Numbered from the stretch's first letter, positions 1 to 12,578 are shown. The stretch: DNA of 64,000 nucleotides from Amphiscolops sp. MND2022 (GCA_964187785.1 OZ076409.1:44456001-44520000); one strand, 5' to 3'. Numbers and translations are program-made. The notes: generated by a model from the sequence alone, not told the origin.

Positions 1-3000
1 TCCAAATCACTTTATCGACGTGACTCCCCTCACAGATATAGATCACGCTCATACTCTAGAGATAATAGTTTTACAAGATAGACATCCTCTTTTAGACCAC
101 CTTCCAGACCAAGAGATTCTAGGTATTCTAGGTCTTGCTTAAACTCAAATACAAGAAATTAACTTAATACAATCCAATCACAAACTCAAAATGATCCATT
201 TAATTTCGAAGTACAAATGTATCACCCAACTGAAATGGCAAAAGTTGTAACACCTACAAGCTGGTTTTACTCTTTATACAGACATACCCCATTAAATTAA
301 ACTCAACGCAATTTTCGATCAAGATTAGAAGATTCATTGCTTTTGGATAGCAGTTCTACCATTTCTGTATTAAACTACCCCACCTATGTTACTATTGCAA
401 AATTTTTTATAATAAACAAACTAATACACTCAACTCTTCGAAAACTTTAACTGTTGCAAATTAGACAGAAGTTCCTATTTTACACTATGTTACCATAACC
501 TTAAATACAACAATAGAAGACGATTCTCGTCAATTTATCATACCTTTTGCAGTTGCTGACATAAAATGTATAACATTCTTGATACACCTTTCTTTGAAGA
601 ATTTATTCAAAAAATAAACATCCAACAGTTTACTTTACAATTCAAACACCAATCTCCTGTACGCGCAACCTTTACAAAATTTACATCACTCTTATCCAAA
701 GACTACCCATATTTCTCATATATATACAGAATGAGTTCTAAAACACAAAAACGTCTGAAACCTAACTCTTCCAAGATTGCGCGTTTTCCTATAAAACATT
801 ACAATAACCTCCATTTTACGACTACACCACAAAATCAATTCTTTCCAACAGTTCCACACACTTTTTTCTTCACTAAATTTCGTACAACACTCAACTTTTT
901 CGAAGTTTTCAGAGATGATAAACCAGACACTTGTGCGACAATCATACAAAACTCTAGAAATCATGTTGCAACACTCTTTACAGGACATATTGGATACAAA
1001 GAAGTTCCAATCACAAACGAAAAACCCAAATGTTATCAAGTAAATGGTAATAACACCCTGATACATAACGTTACTCATACATACCATCCTGATATTACAG
1101 AACTCATTCCACAACAAACTACTCATTGCATGATAATCATGAGTCTGTTTCTTCTCATCACTTTTCGCTACACCAAGTCCATATGACAAGGTCTGATAGA
1201 CCACATGTAACCTCATCCCTCTATAATGTACAACCCACTTCCAATACTTCCGAACCTCGTGTTTTCCCTTCATTACCATACACTACCGAAAATCTCAAAT
1301 TCATAAAAAAATTCGATTTCCAATTCTCCGACCTGACACTGAAAATATTACTCTATGTAGTCTTTTACTCAAATATAAAACTTGATATGCTACACATGAA
1401 AATGATGTTGGAGAAATAACAACCCCATTTCGTATTAGACTGAATACTAACGCTCAACTTATTACACAACGTCCTTTTAAAGTCCCAACTGATTATCGCG
1501 ACAAGTTATATACCCTTCTTAAAGAACTTGAAAAGTATAACATTATGAAACAAATTGGTTCCTCTCCACAAGACAAACCAGTTAATGGCACAATATATGT
1601 GAATTCTCTCATTATAATGCAAAAAGGAGATTCCATCAAATGCGTGTTAGACGCTCGACACCTTCACTCCAATACAGAACAATTTAATGAATCTTGGCCT
1701 ATTGATTCTTTTGCTCCCTAATTGGCACGCGCAAACAAAAAATACAATAGTGCAAAAGATCTCATGTATGCTTATGCACACACTCATCTGGACGACAGAA
1801 CCATAAAACTAACCAGTTTTTTGCTCTGGTGATAAAATCTTTGCTTTTATATCAAGCTTTTATTGCCTTAAAGGACTTCCAAATTTCTTTACAAAACAAA
1901 TATGAAACTTCTTTGAAACTCTTATAGAAAAAAGTTTTGCTCTTGTTTATATAGATGACAATTTACCCCTATCAAAATCCGAGGAAATATGTTTCAAATT
2001 ATTGAACAAGTTATCTTATACTCGCTCCTGAAAAATCTTTTTTCAAGCTTCTTAAAGTTATATTTCTTGGACATGAAATTGGTTACAATACAATTAAACC
2101 CATACATTCTAAAATTACAGCTGTTCACAAAATTCCTTCCCCCACTGGAAAAATCGCTTTATTGAGTTTCATTGGCGCACTCAATTTCTTCACCAAATTT
2201 ATTGAAAAACTTCACATAAATCTTAAACCATTCGATGATCTTCTATATGAAAACACTCCATGCAATTGGATCGAGAATATGAACGTCTTCTTCAAACATT
2301 GAAATCCTCTCTTACTTCTGACACAGAACTTACCATTTCTAATAAGAAACATCCATTTTCTATTACAGTAGACGCTTCGCTTATTGGTTTAGGAGCTGTC
2401 CTTTTCCAACTCAATTGAGACAATAAAATGAAAGTAATATCTTACAACTCTCGTATATTAAATCCACAAGAACAGAAACTATCCGCACTTGACAGCGAAC
2501 TCCTTGGTATAGTACATGCTCTTCAAATTTTCGAATTCCTCATTATTGGATCCCCACGTGTGATACACATTTTCACTGATCATAAACCACTCTTACTTTG
2601 TTTTACAAAAAATAGAAGTCTTAGTCCACGATTTTACAGAGCTCAAATGCAATTAACAAAATTCTGTAAACCTAAAATAATTTACACTCCTGGCAAACGT
2701 TTTTTGTTGTCGATATGTTAAGTCCCTCCTTTACCAAACTGAATTACAAATCAATCCATTGAAACACAAACAACTTCCTCCTGAAATTAACTTTGTAATA
2801 TTACAACATAGTACACTCCAAACCGTACATTACTTAGTTAAACTTGAAGTATTACCACATCAAGAACTTGACTCTCTCCCCATTTTTGCCGATTATGGTA
2901 CAGACCAATTTTCTATACGCATAAATGACAAAAGCAGTGATATTGTTTTTAAACCTTTGCTTCTTTTTCTTTTATATCTGTTACTCCTTTCGAATCCAAA

Positions 3001-3230
3001 TTCAAAACACCAAAAAACCTAACAAAATTTTTCATAAAGAGTCTCTTTTACTCAATGACACTGATATTACAAGCGATGGTGAAGAACATATATTTTCTAG
3101 AAATCCCAAAACAGATTCCATTTTTTCTAATGACAAAACTTTACATGAAACATTCTCCATCATAACCAAACCAAAACCCATTACAATACCCAAATCTTTT
3201 TCTGCAATAGGTGTAAAAACAAATTCTCAG
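1..3230 (+). mobile_element. Degenerate Ty3/Gypsy LTR retrotransposon pol fragment (protease, dUTPase-like spacer, RT, RNase H; integrase absent)
   Basis: Protease-like LLDSSSTISV near 340. RT motifs 'LDARHLH' (~1647) and 'VYIDD' (~1945), plus 'FLGHEI'. RNase H motifs 'TVDASLIGLGAVLFQ' (~2363), 'ELLGIVHAL' and 'IFTDHKPL' in ORF 2428-2721. Many stops and frameshifts. PR-RT-RH order; no LTR visible. Confidence 0.9.
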
Positions 3231-3231
3231 A

Positions 3232-3832
3232 TTCTCAACCTTCTCTACATTGTAGTTTTTAATGGATTACGAGTATTCGCATTTCCGATCAAATGGCAGC
3301 AAAAAAATGAGCCCACATTTTCTCACAGGCAGGAAAAGACATCTCTGTACTTTTTGTCAAAAATTGTTTGCTGGTCATTTCAGAGATAACTTCTTCTGCT
3401 TTTACTTTTTGATGCATGCTAACAAATTCGCGGCTCTGCGAGTGAAAAACTGACATGGTGTTGGACAGCATCCGTGATAGACTTGAAGACATTCTTCGGC
3501 GATATTCCAACATGTTTTCCTAACTTCTTCAGTAAAGTGACATATTCGGTCGCTTTTTTCTCGAAGAACGAATAATGCGAAACCGACTTGTCGAAAAATG
3601 GACCCCAAAATACAAGGACTGTCGATGGAGTCTACATCGTTCGCATTGAAGAAGAAGACTTTTTCCTGCTCAGTCGGGGATTGACTGCTTGATGATACAT
3701 GGTCAGTTCATAACCGAAAATAGGTCCGTGTTTCTTCACGCACGGGGAGAGATCTTGGAGGTGTTCGAAATTTTCCACCGCAGTTTCACCGCCTATGTGT
3801 ACTTTTGACATCTTGCAGTAATAGTTATTCAA
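3232..3832 (-). pseudogene. Possible decayed DNA-transposase (hAT-like C-terminal) remnant
   Basis: Broken minus-strand frames '...SFPACEKMWAHFF/LLPF....CEYS*S' loosely resemble the hAT 'FP...L.LP...CER.FS' dimerisation motif. Weak. Confidence 0.25.
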
Positions 3833-3887
3833 GGCTTTTAGCAGTTATGGACTAAGACACTTTTTTCAACAAATTTTTTACAAATGT

Positions 3888-4205
3888 TAACAAGCCGGGA
3901 ACGGCCCAAGTCGAGCTCAAAAATAGCAGAAGGACTTCAAAGTGTCAAGTATTCACTTCTACAGTACCCGCGTGAGGAAAAAATGAAAGAAATTTCCGAA
4001 TTTTTTTTGAATTTTTTCCGAAGTTTTTTTGGTCTCCGGTAAGTGGCATAGTGCAGAAAAATGTAAAAGAGGGCCCTTTGGGAGTTTTGAACATCCAGTC
4101 TTTTGCAAAATCGAAACAAAATGAACGGGACGCTTTGGAGACAAACAGAATGCGAAAACAAAGTCTCACAAAGCTGAAAAAACCTGCACAAAAAATTTTT
4201 GGTTT
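3888..4205 (-). mobile_element. HINE/DINE-like non-autonomous element, family 1 (partial)
   Basis: Carries the family 3' end in reverse (aacaagccgggaacggcccaagtcg) and the internal body shared with copies at 32617, 37973 and 43753. Confidence 0.6.
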
Positions 4206-4332
4206 TTGTGTTTGTACTGTGATTGCGCTCTGTGTACTGTGAAGTTCGTATTCTTCAAAGACTTGATATCAGTATTTTGTTTTTTTTTTATTGTGATAAA
4301 ACTACCCGCGCTCGACATGATTGTGAGAAAAT

Positions 4333-4414
4333 AGCCATTACAGGACTCGAACTTGCATCCCAAGACGGATCTAGCTAGCAGTCAAGCGGCCTAACCATTA
4401 GACCAATTGGCTTC
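4333..4414 (-). repeat. tRNA-derived SINE head
   Basis: Minus strand shows a Pol III A box (TGGTCTAATGG) and B box (GTTCGAGTC) but no complete cloverleaf. Similar heads occur near 18390-18470 (-), 22062-22132 (+) and 39156-39230 (+). Confidence 0.55.
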
Positions 4415-4702
4415 ATCTGACCAATCATTCGACTTATCAGTAACAACGCAGTATCTTGTCAATATTTTGCTTGCAACTTTAGAACCGTTTAGCTAAAGCA
4501 CTTGTTTTTATTTGGTCATGAAACTTTTGACAGATGTTTCGATCGCGTAGGATATCCAGGTATTTCACGTATTTCGTACAGAAGATTTCGTTCCCCAGTT
4601 CAGCATATTCGGCATATTTCTGCATATATGAAACTATATATACGGGGTACTGAACTATATGAATTGTTCCTTTCATCAGGGTAACATACAATAGCAGGCG
4701 AG

Positions 4703-5008
4703 ACTAGAAGGTCCCCCTTTCCCATTTTTTCTGCACTTTGAGATTTTTTCCAGAAAGTTTTTTTATTCTCCGAAAAGTCCACCCTTTAGTGTTTTTGATA
4801 TTTTGCAACAGAGTGGAGGTTAAAAGATTTGGAATGTTCACTGGTTTTAGCGTGCCAAGGGCCCCCGCTAGCTTGCCCACTGTGCGCCAGTTCGTTTCCA
4901 TTTTTGGGTTTTTCGGGTACTGTAGAGGAAAATACTTGACGCTTTGGAATCCTTGTACTATTTTGAGCCTTAGATATGGCGCCGACTTATGCGGTTTCCG
5001 GCTTGTTT
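4703..5008 (+). mobile_element. HINE/DINE-like element, family 1 (3' part)
   Basis: Ends with the family terminus ttgagccttagatatggcgccgactt...ccggcttgtt. Confidence 0.6.
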
Positions 5009-6696
5009 CGAGTTATTCTTTATTCTTCCTAAATTATTGAATAGTCATGATTACGTTTTTGATTCCATTGGAAGCGTCTGAAGGTAAGTCTCCAGGTTTT
5101 CGTTACTGAAACTCCATCCTAGAAAGTTAGTGTAGCAGTCCAGTTATCCGTACGCTGTCAAACACCTCCAGTACGATACAATAAAGAGAGCGTACGGAAA
5201 CTTCAACTTTCCTTCCGATTTCCAGCTCGAGCCAAGAATGGTATAGCGAACAAACTGTACTGTCCTTCTTTAAAAGTCTCTATGAAATCAACAATAATAT
5301 GGAATTAACAAGATCTACGTTAAAACTCTTTTGAACGCATTTCGAGAATAGAGATATGAAATTAACAAGATCAACGTTAAAACTCTATTGAACGCGGACC
5401 CCCTAGCCGAAAACTTGATATCCAAAATTAATGATGTTTGTGACACCCCGTCAAATATTGCCTTGTGGTACTTACTGCTCTATGCTAAGATAATTTTTGA
5501 AATACACCCTGAAAATTATAAGTACTCACACTCGACGTACAGTTAGACAAGTTTTCTTTTTTACTGTGATTCTGTAATCAAATCTTGTGAAGGGACCCAG
5601 CAAAGAGATCCTGATTCTCCAGCTTTATTTTCGGATTCAATTCAGGATCTGATTGACAGTTTGGAGCCGAAAATAAACTTATGGTACCTTGACGATGGAA
5701 ATTCAAGTGATGATTACAGAACCGTTTTGAAAGATCTCAAAAAAAAGTTGAACCGGAAAAAACAACGGGACTCAAATTTAAACCCAAAAAATGCGAATTT
5801 TTTCCTCGATGACATCACTGAAAAACGACGATCGACAATTTTAGCATCTTTCCAAAAATTTTGCCCCGAGATCGAAAAACCAAAGAAAGATGAACTTATC
5901 ATTCTTGGTTCACCGCTCAGCCCGAAATCATTAGCAGACTTATTGGAAAAGAACATTTTTGAAGTAGAAAAAAATATTGGAATTATTGAAAAACTAGATG
6001 CGCACCATGGTTCTTTTATGTTGAAAAATTGCTTCAGTCTGCCAAAGTTGTTGTACTTCCTGAGAACCAGTACATGTTTTAATCATCCAGTTTTCTCGGA
6101 AAAATATGACAAAACCGTACGCGAAGTGTTTTCCAAAGTGTGTAACGTGAACTTCGACAAAATTTCGAGTATTCAGCTGGCTCTGCCCGCTGAGATGGGT
6201 GGTCTTGGTGTTTCATCCGCATCTTCATTAGCACTTCCCGCCTTTCTGGCCTCAACTTTTGGTGCGAGTGATTTTCCCCCGACGATTTTCTCGGGAACCT
6301 TCGAAGATGTTTCGTTTACAAAAGCGCTTGAGAAATGGTTGAGTTTGACGAATGAACAGGAAAGTCTTCTCGATGGAACTCAGGAAAATTGGACACAACC
6401 TGTCTTCGTCAAAACCGCCCAAGATTTGATTTCTAGAATGGATGACAAACGTTCGAAAGTTTTTACCGGTCATCAAGGCATGTTCGAGTCTCAATAGCTG
6501 AACGTCGTTCCTTGCAAGAATCTAGGCCTGAAACTTGATTACTATCAGCCTCGGATTTCAATTGGTTTGCTTTTCGGAGCCAAAATCTGTGTTGCGCTTA
6601 CGTGCCACTGTGGTAAACGAGTTGAACGGGACGGTTTACACGGTCTTTCTTGCACCAAGAGTGCTAGTCGCTTCCACGTCGTGCTACTCTCAATTC

Positions 6697-7003
6697 GGTA
6701 TATGCCCAGTTTGCCGAAACCCAGTTTGCGGATACCCAATTCGCCGAATCCGAGGGACAGTTTGCCGAATTTTTTTTGGCAAACTGGGCAAGGTAGGGAC
6801 AGTTTGCCGAATTCGGCAAACTGTGTTTCGGCAAACAGTCCCATATTCAGGGGTATATGCCCAGTTTGCCGAAACCCAGTTTGCCAAAACCCAATTTGCC
6901 GAATCCGAGGGACAGTTTGCCAATTTTTTTTCGGCAAACTGGGCAAGGTAGAAACAATTTGCCGATTTCGGTAAACTGGGTTTCGGCAAACTGTCCCATA
7001 TTC
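6697..7003. mobile_element. Foldback MITE (tandem dimer of a ~150-bp palindromic unit)
   Basis: Exact TSD ctcaattc at 6689-6696 and 7004-7011. Arms are built from cagtttgccgaa / ttcggcaaactg repeats. The CRE-like sequence resumes after the insertion. Confidence 0.85.
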
Positions 7004-9643
7004 CTCAATTCTTTCATAAAGCAGACGTTGGGATCTCTCTACTTGCCTTCAGTGCTCAAACCGCACGTACTGTACCGAACTGATGGCAAACGTTCAGACG
7101 GTGTTACCATGACTCCTTGGGAAAAAGGTAAACAGCTGGTAAGGGATGTCACCGTTGTGGATGCTCTTGCACCCAGCCGTTTGAATCAAGGCTTTTTATG
7201 CAACCCAAGAACCACCGCCACCGAAGCTGAAGCGCGTAAACTGCAGAAGTAATGCGAATAAATAGACAAAGGATACATTTTTCAACTGCTGGCTTCGGAA
7301 GTACATGATTCTTTAGGCGAGAGCAGTGAAATTTCATCACGCGTCTCTGTAAAATGCTCTGTCGTTCGCACGAGGATCAACGAACTGGCAGCATTTTGAA
7401 GGGGGACAAGACGTTTCGGCGACACTATGGCGGCGGATGTTTCGGCGGTAAAGTGTCGCCGAAACGTCTCTTAAAAGGTGGTAGGAAACCTGTCGCCGCA
7501 ACGTCTTTTCATAGGATGGCCGGTCTCAAAATTGATGCAGTGATTATTAATTGAATTGAATATTAGAATGACACAAATGAAATGGAAAGCAATACAAATA
7601 CTATTGTTTACAGGTCACAGCAGCTGCTAGAAAAAGTACAATTTAGTTCACTGTCTGGCATGTACCTGTCAAGTCTGCTATCTATTTTGACCTCAATCGT
7701 TTTATCGGCTGTAGGTCAGACGGTCAGCTGGTCGGCTTTCAGCCATCTAGACCTCGGTAGTCGCATCCAGCTATCTTAGAAACATCCTCTAAACCGTCTT
7801 CCGGCTGGTCGTCTTTGTCAGTGCACATTTCTCTGGTAAGGAAGTAGAAGCGATCTTGCAGTTGTGCCTCCCTAGTTTCGTCAGCTTGTTTGAAATGTAC
7901 AGCTTGTGGCTCAACGTCGAATCATCTTGTTCTGCTTTGAATGCAACGCCCAGGAACCACGCAAGAGGGCCATTGTCACCGATTGTGAACTGTTTGCCCA
8001 CCTCTGCTCCAAACCATCGTCCAAAGTTCTCATCGGATGAACCGTAGACGATAACGTCAACCCACACCAGTGCTCAGCAATGATGGTCGCCCCTCTTTTG
8101 TGTCCAAAGACACTTGTCGTGCTGCAAAGAGTGAAACCCCAGCTGCTCCGGTCGATGCGATAGAGTACGTCTCGTGGTAGTCTAAGCCAGGTGTCTGTGT
8201 GAAGCCCCGCGCCACAAAATGTGCTTTGTACTTTGTCACTTTGCCGTTCTCGTTGACTTCACTGCAAAGTGCCACTTTCCAGTGATCGGCTGTCGCTCCG
8301 TTGGCCGTGAAACCAGAGACCACACCTCGTTCGTCATCAAATAATCGTACTCTCGCTGCATCGCTGCTTTACAGTTAGGGTCAGCGAGAGCCTCGACTGC
8401 GGATCCAGGGACCGTCGATGCCACCAATGCCTCGCTGTGTAGTGCCAGGTTCTCGAGCTCGTCCCCCATCACGATGTCATCGAGTCGTCGAGGCAGTCTG
8501 ATATTCCTCCGCTGTCGCCCTGGTTCGCTTCTCTGCAGCTGTGTGTTGTCGTCCTCGTCATCCAAGTGTCCATTGTTGGGAATTGTTTCGTCGGCTACTT
8601 CTACATCTTCAACATCTGGTGATTAACCCTTCACGTCGTGTAGACCATTGTCATAATGGATGGTCGTCTCCCCGCATCTATCGTGAGTCATGTCTGTGGC
8701 GACAGATGTAACGCCTCCTGGGAAGCAGTCCATATTAAACGTCACGTTCCTTGATGTTCACATCTTGCTCGGCTTTCGCTCAAGAGTTCCATCTTCTGTG
8801 CACACAATGAAACACTTGCTGCTGCTCGAGTAGCCCAGAAAGTTCCCGTCTGGGCCTTGCTGTCACGTTTCTTCCTGTTCTCGGTGAGCACAAACGCTCG
8901 ACATCCAGAAAGTTGCATCTCACTCAGGTTTGGCATCTCACCAAAGAACATTTCATACGGCGTACTGTTGCGCTTAGAGTGAAAACATCGGTTTTTGACA
9001 TAGAAAGATGTAGCCAAAGCATAAGGCCAAAGTTGCTTAGGCAGACCCGCTGTCTCGAGCATGCGCCTCGCCATTTCTGTGACAGTGCCCCACATGCGCT
9101 TAATTTTGCCATTTTCCTGTGGAGTGTAGGACAATGTTGCTGTGTCCCAGTGCCCTGTGCCACTGCACCATTGTTTTGCTTTGGGCTGCATGGCTGCCCA
9201 ACCAGGGTGAACAACCCTTGCCCCTCCACATCTATGTGCAATGCCTGGGAGACGTTCCAAAGGGAGCGCTCATGGTCTAAGGTTACACACAAAACGAAGA
9301 ACACGAAGAGTGTTTAGGTCATCACTGGTACAAACCAAAGGAAGGAGAGTCCCGTCTTGTGTCCTGATGTTGGCTTCCTTCCCGAAGCTTACCATTGCAC
9401 CCTGCTCGGCTAGCTTCTTCACTGAACTCAGGTTGCGAGTGTAGGTGGGTACCCAGAAGGCCTGCTTCAGCTCGAGCTCACACATCCTGCCCTTGCTGTC
9501 CAGCACCCCACATTGTGCTGTGCCTCTACCTTCCACTCGAGTTCGACTCCCGTTGGCATTACCCACATCAGTGTTGAATACATCTTCGATTTCCATGAAG
9601 AGAGCCCTGTCCTTCAGCATGAACCCGTTGCAACCCGAGTCCA

Positions 9644-10537
9644 CTAATAGCTCGAGTCCTTCTTCCTCTGAAGCCCATTCAAAGCTTCGGAAGCTGAAGA
9701 AGCATTGCTTCTCTGGACCCCTGCTGGTGCCACTGGACTGCCCCTTCTTGCTCTTGCAATCCCTTGCAAGATGCCCCTTCGCATTGCACTTGAAGCACGC
9801 CCTATTTCCTTTGACCTGCAGTCCCTCGCCATGTGTTCCTCCTTTTGGCACTTGAAGCACGTGATCTTCCTGCTGCTGTTTCCCCCCCTTGAGTGGAATG
9901 CATTTGAAGCCACGTCAGTGCCAGGCTGTGCTCTCGTGTAGGTAAAGTTGATGAGGTCCTGCTTACTCTTTTTGTAGCCATTTCGTGGTCCGAAGTTGAG
10001 AACCGTCGCGATGCTCTCGAAAGTTGGAGGAAGGCACTTCAACACTATCGCGCTGAACATCGCATTGGAAGTCATCTCGCCTGCTTCTTGAAGGTCCAGC
10101 CGTATTCCCTCAGCCCTGGTGAGGTAGTCAGTCACCTTCTCCCCTGGTGCCATCTTCAATCCAGCCAGCTGAGTAAGCAACGTCTGGATGCGGGGCCTCT
10201 CGGTGCTGCGGTACTTCCCCACAATGGCTTTCCAGGCTTCCACACCGTCTGGCTTGTGAAGGCGGATGAAGTTGATTGAAGCTTTGTCCAAGCACTGAGA
10301 AAGTTCGCACCAGACAATGAAGCGCTGCTTGTTCCGCTCGTCCTCTGCTTTGACCCTGGTAGTTTCGTCTCCCCTCGTCTCGTCTTCTCTGTAGGCAGGC
10401 ACAATCAGCTTGTCCTCGAGGAACTTCTCCACGTTGAGTATGTGCATCCTCGACTCGAACTGCTCAGTGAACACCGTAAAATGCTCGTCTTTGCCTGAGA
10501 AGGAGAGCTTCTCCATTTTCGAGTGGGTGGCTGTCAT
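9644..10537 (-). CDS. Copia gag (frameshifted near the zinc knuckles)
   Basis: 297-aa ORF with UBN2/copia-gag-like helices and CFKCQKEEHMARDC. The second knuckle and the protease are in ORF 9270-9860. Confidence 0.8.
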   Translation of the reverse strand: MTATHSKMEKLSFSGKDEHFTVFTEQFESRMHILNVEKFLEDKLIVPAYREDETRGDETTRVKAEDERNKQRFIVWCELSQCLDKASINFIRLHKPDGVEAWKAIVGKYRSTERPRIQTLLTQLAGLKMAPGEKVTDYLTRAEGIRLDLQEAGEMTSNAMFSAIVLKCLPPTFESIATVLNFGPRNGYKKSKQDLINFTYTRAQPGTDVASNAFHSRGGNSSRKITCFKCQKEEHMARDCRSKEIGRASSAMRRGILQGIARARRGSPVAPAGVQRSNASSASEALNGLQRKKDSSY

Positions 10538-10620
10538 CTCGGCTGCTGACTGCTTGGCTCCATGTCAACTGGCTAGGCTGTGATCGTCGAGGTGGAGTTG
10601 GTCGTCGTTGTATGTCATTT

Positions 10621-11122
10621 GGAGTATACGCCTTTGATCTAATTGCATGAATCTAATGGAAATAGATCCAACTGTTAGGTCTAACTTTCAGATCTAATTT
10701 TATTTAAAATACTTAGGTCTAACCCCTTTATGATCTAATATGTGTTCTGAAAGCGAAAATATAATGTGGGGCATATGCGATGTATGCACGCTCGCCCTCA
10801 CCGTCGCGAAGGCCAGCGCCCACTACGATCGCTTCGCGAACTCCGTTCCCGCTAGGTCTTTGCTCCTGTTCGACCTTGCTTAGCAAGATGGAAATATAAG
10901 CGGCCCCAAGGGGCCGCGGGGCACTAGAGGAAATGGGGACATATCCGAGGCACGTTTTATACTTTATATCACTTTTCAGTTTTAGATCCTAATTGACTTT
11001 TTTTCTCAAGTTAGGTCAAATTAGAAGAGATTTTCAGACCTGATTATTTAGATCAATTTATTTAGATCTCAGTTTTGCCCCCTGTCTTAGATCTATTTCA
11101 ATAGACCTGATTCCACGTAGCC
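10621..11122. mobile_element. Foldback MITE (gatctaa/ttagatc arms) inserted in the Copia 5' UTR
   Basis: TSD tgtcattt (10613-10620) / tgtcaatt (11123-11130); GG...CC ends. The GC-rich core at 10745-10965 also occurs inverted at 11470-11690. Confidence 0.7.
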
Positions 11123-11950
11123 TGTCAATTATGGTCTGGGCCCATAGCCTCTCAAAATTGAAGCAGTGATTATCAATTGAATTGAATATTGGAATGACAC
11201 AATGAAATCCAAAGCGATAAAAATACTATTGTTTACAGGTCACAGCAGGTGCCAGAAAAAGTACAATTTAGTTCACTGTCTGGCAGATACCTGTCAAGTC
11301 TGCTATCTGTTTTGACCTCAATTGTTTCATCGGCTGTAGGTCAGCAGGTCAGCTGGTCTGCTTTCAGCCATCTAGACCTGATAGGCGGAAACATATATAT
11401 GAAGATTACAACATAAATTATCGGGGGACTTGGTTTTGTATACATCATAAAGAAGATCTCAATTAAAAAGCATAAAATGCTCCTCGGATATGTCCCCATT
11501 TCCTCTAGTTTCCCGCGGCCCCTTGGGGCCGCTTATGTTCCCATCTTGCTAAACGAGGTCGAACAGGAGCAAAGACCTAGCGGGAACGGAGATTGCGAAG
11601 CGATCGTAGTGGGAGCTGGTCTTTGCGACGGTGAGGGCGAGCGTGCATACACAGCACATGCCCCACATTATAATATTTTCGCTTCCAGAACGAACGTTTT
11701 TAGCTTTTTAGACGACGTTTCGGCAACGAAGACGTTTCGGCGACACTTATCATCGAAAAGTCCGCCGCCATATTGTCGCCGAAACGTCCGTTGCCATAGT
11801 GTCGCCGAAACGTTCGCCGCCATTTTGTCGCCGAAACGTCTGTCACCGAAACGTTCAGAATCCTTCTGAAGCAACGGATTTCAATGGCTCTTCAGATCGG
11901 CAATGCAGCCTGTGTTCTAGTAACTGTGAGCAAAAGAGATGCGTTCGAAG

Positions 11951-12299
11951 TGGTGGGCGGTAATAGGTCGAAGGAACGGGATCGAAAATCAGAGTTAGTC
12001 CTCAGGTCGATATACCAAATTTTTGAATGGGATCGAAACAACTCGGTTCGAAGTTTTTATAACGTAGTCAGATATGTTCACATACCCCTAGTGCCCTGAA
12101 TGCAGGAGCGAAGCGAAGCGGAGCGACGTGCCATATGGCCATGCCTCAATATTGCTACTTGGCGAAGGGAGCGAAGCGACCGAGCCATGCAACAAATACG
12201 ATAAAATTCGACCGCATTCCACTCGATCCCTGCAATTCGATCAAAAGGTTCGACCTCTGTCCTTCCGACCAGAATAATTCGACCTATTTACAGCCTCCC
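11951..12299. mobile_element. Foldback MITE (ggtcgaa/ttcgacc arms)
   Basis: Exact 9-bp TSD cgttcgaag at 11942-11950 and 12300-12308; imperfect TIRs. The core at 12072-12190 is shared with 13695-13770 and 63115-63240. Confidence 0.85.
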
Positions 12300-12578
12300 C
12301 GTTCGAAGAAATTTTTAAAATACAGCCTATTTTTTATAACATTTATATCATTGCAGCTTAAAATGACTTTTCTACCGGTCGACATGGATAGTGGCTGGTA
12401 TGAGTAGGTTGTTGGTTGTTTCTTTTTGTTAGTGGTCTACTGGGATAGTGGCGAGGCATGTAAATCCACTAGGTGACTAGGTGAGCTAGGTACTGGGTAA
12501 CTAGGTAAAATTTGACTAGTTGACTGGGTAATTTATTTTTAAAAACTGGGTAAATCTTGTTATTTTTAAGAGTGCAAA

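Larger units (their letters stand above)
7524..11393 (-). mobile_element. Ty1/Copia LTR retrotransposon, internally deleted
   Basis: LTRs at 11150-11393 and 7524-7784 (roughly 90% similar). PBS GGCTATGGGCCCAG at 11149-11136; short PPT AGAGGA. gag starts at 10537 with two CCHC knuckles; protease 'LVDSGC'; integrase 'TPQENG'; RT 'KYKAHFVARGFTQTPGLDY'. PR-IN-RT order; RNase H missing. Confidence 0.92.
7402..11863. mobile_element. Foldback MITE shell (acgtttcggcga arms) containing a nested Copia element
   Basis: Imperfect TSD ttttgaag (7394-7401) / ttctgaag (11864-11871). GG...CC ends. Arms at 7402-7510 and 11690-11863. Removing it rejoins the CRE frame GSILK|QRISMALQ. Confidence 0.75.
5401..12361 (+). 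mobile_element. CRE-like non-LTR retrotransposon (RT plus restriction-like endonuclease), decayed and split by nested insertions
   Basis: RT motifs 'GTQQRDP', 'WYLDDG' and 'LPAEMGGLGV' (5590-6497). Zn-knuckle region 'CHCG...HGLSC'. RLE 'RTDGKRSDGVT..PWEKGKQLVRDVTVVD' (7075-7165). The ORF resumes after the insertions: 'KQRISMALQIGNAACV' (11869-11950), then 'EIFKIQP..' to 12361. Confidence 0.85.

Noticed and set aside
4333..4414. tRNA genes (also ~18390-18470, 22062-22132, 39156-39230)
   Set aside because: A and B boxes only; acceptor and anticodon stems do not pair. Treated as SINE heads.
6697..7003. CRISPR-like or coding repeat ORFs (6535-6989)
   Set aside because: No unique spacers and no cas genes in a eukaryotic context; the ORFs are by-products of a palindromic MITE.
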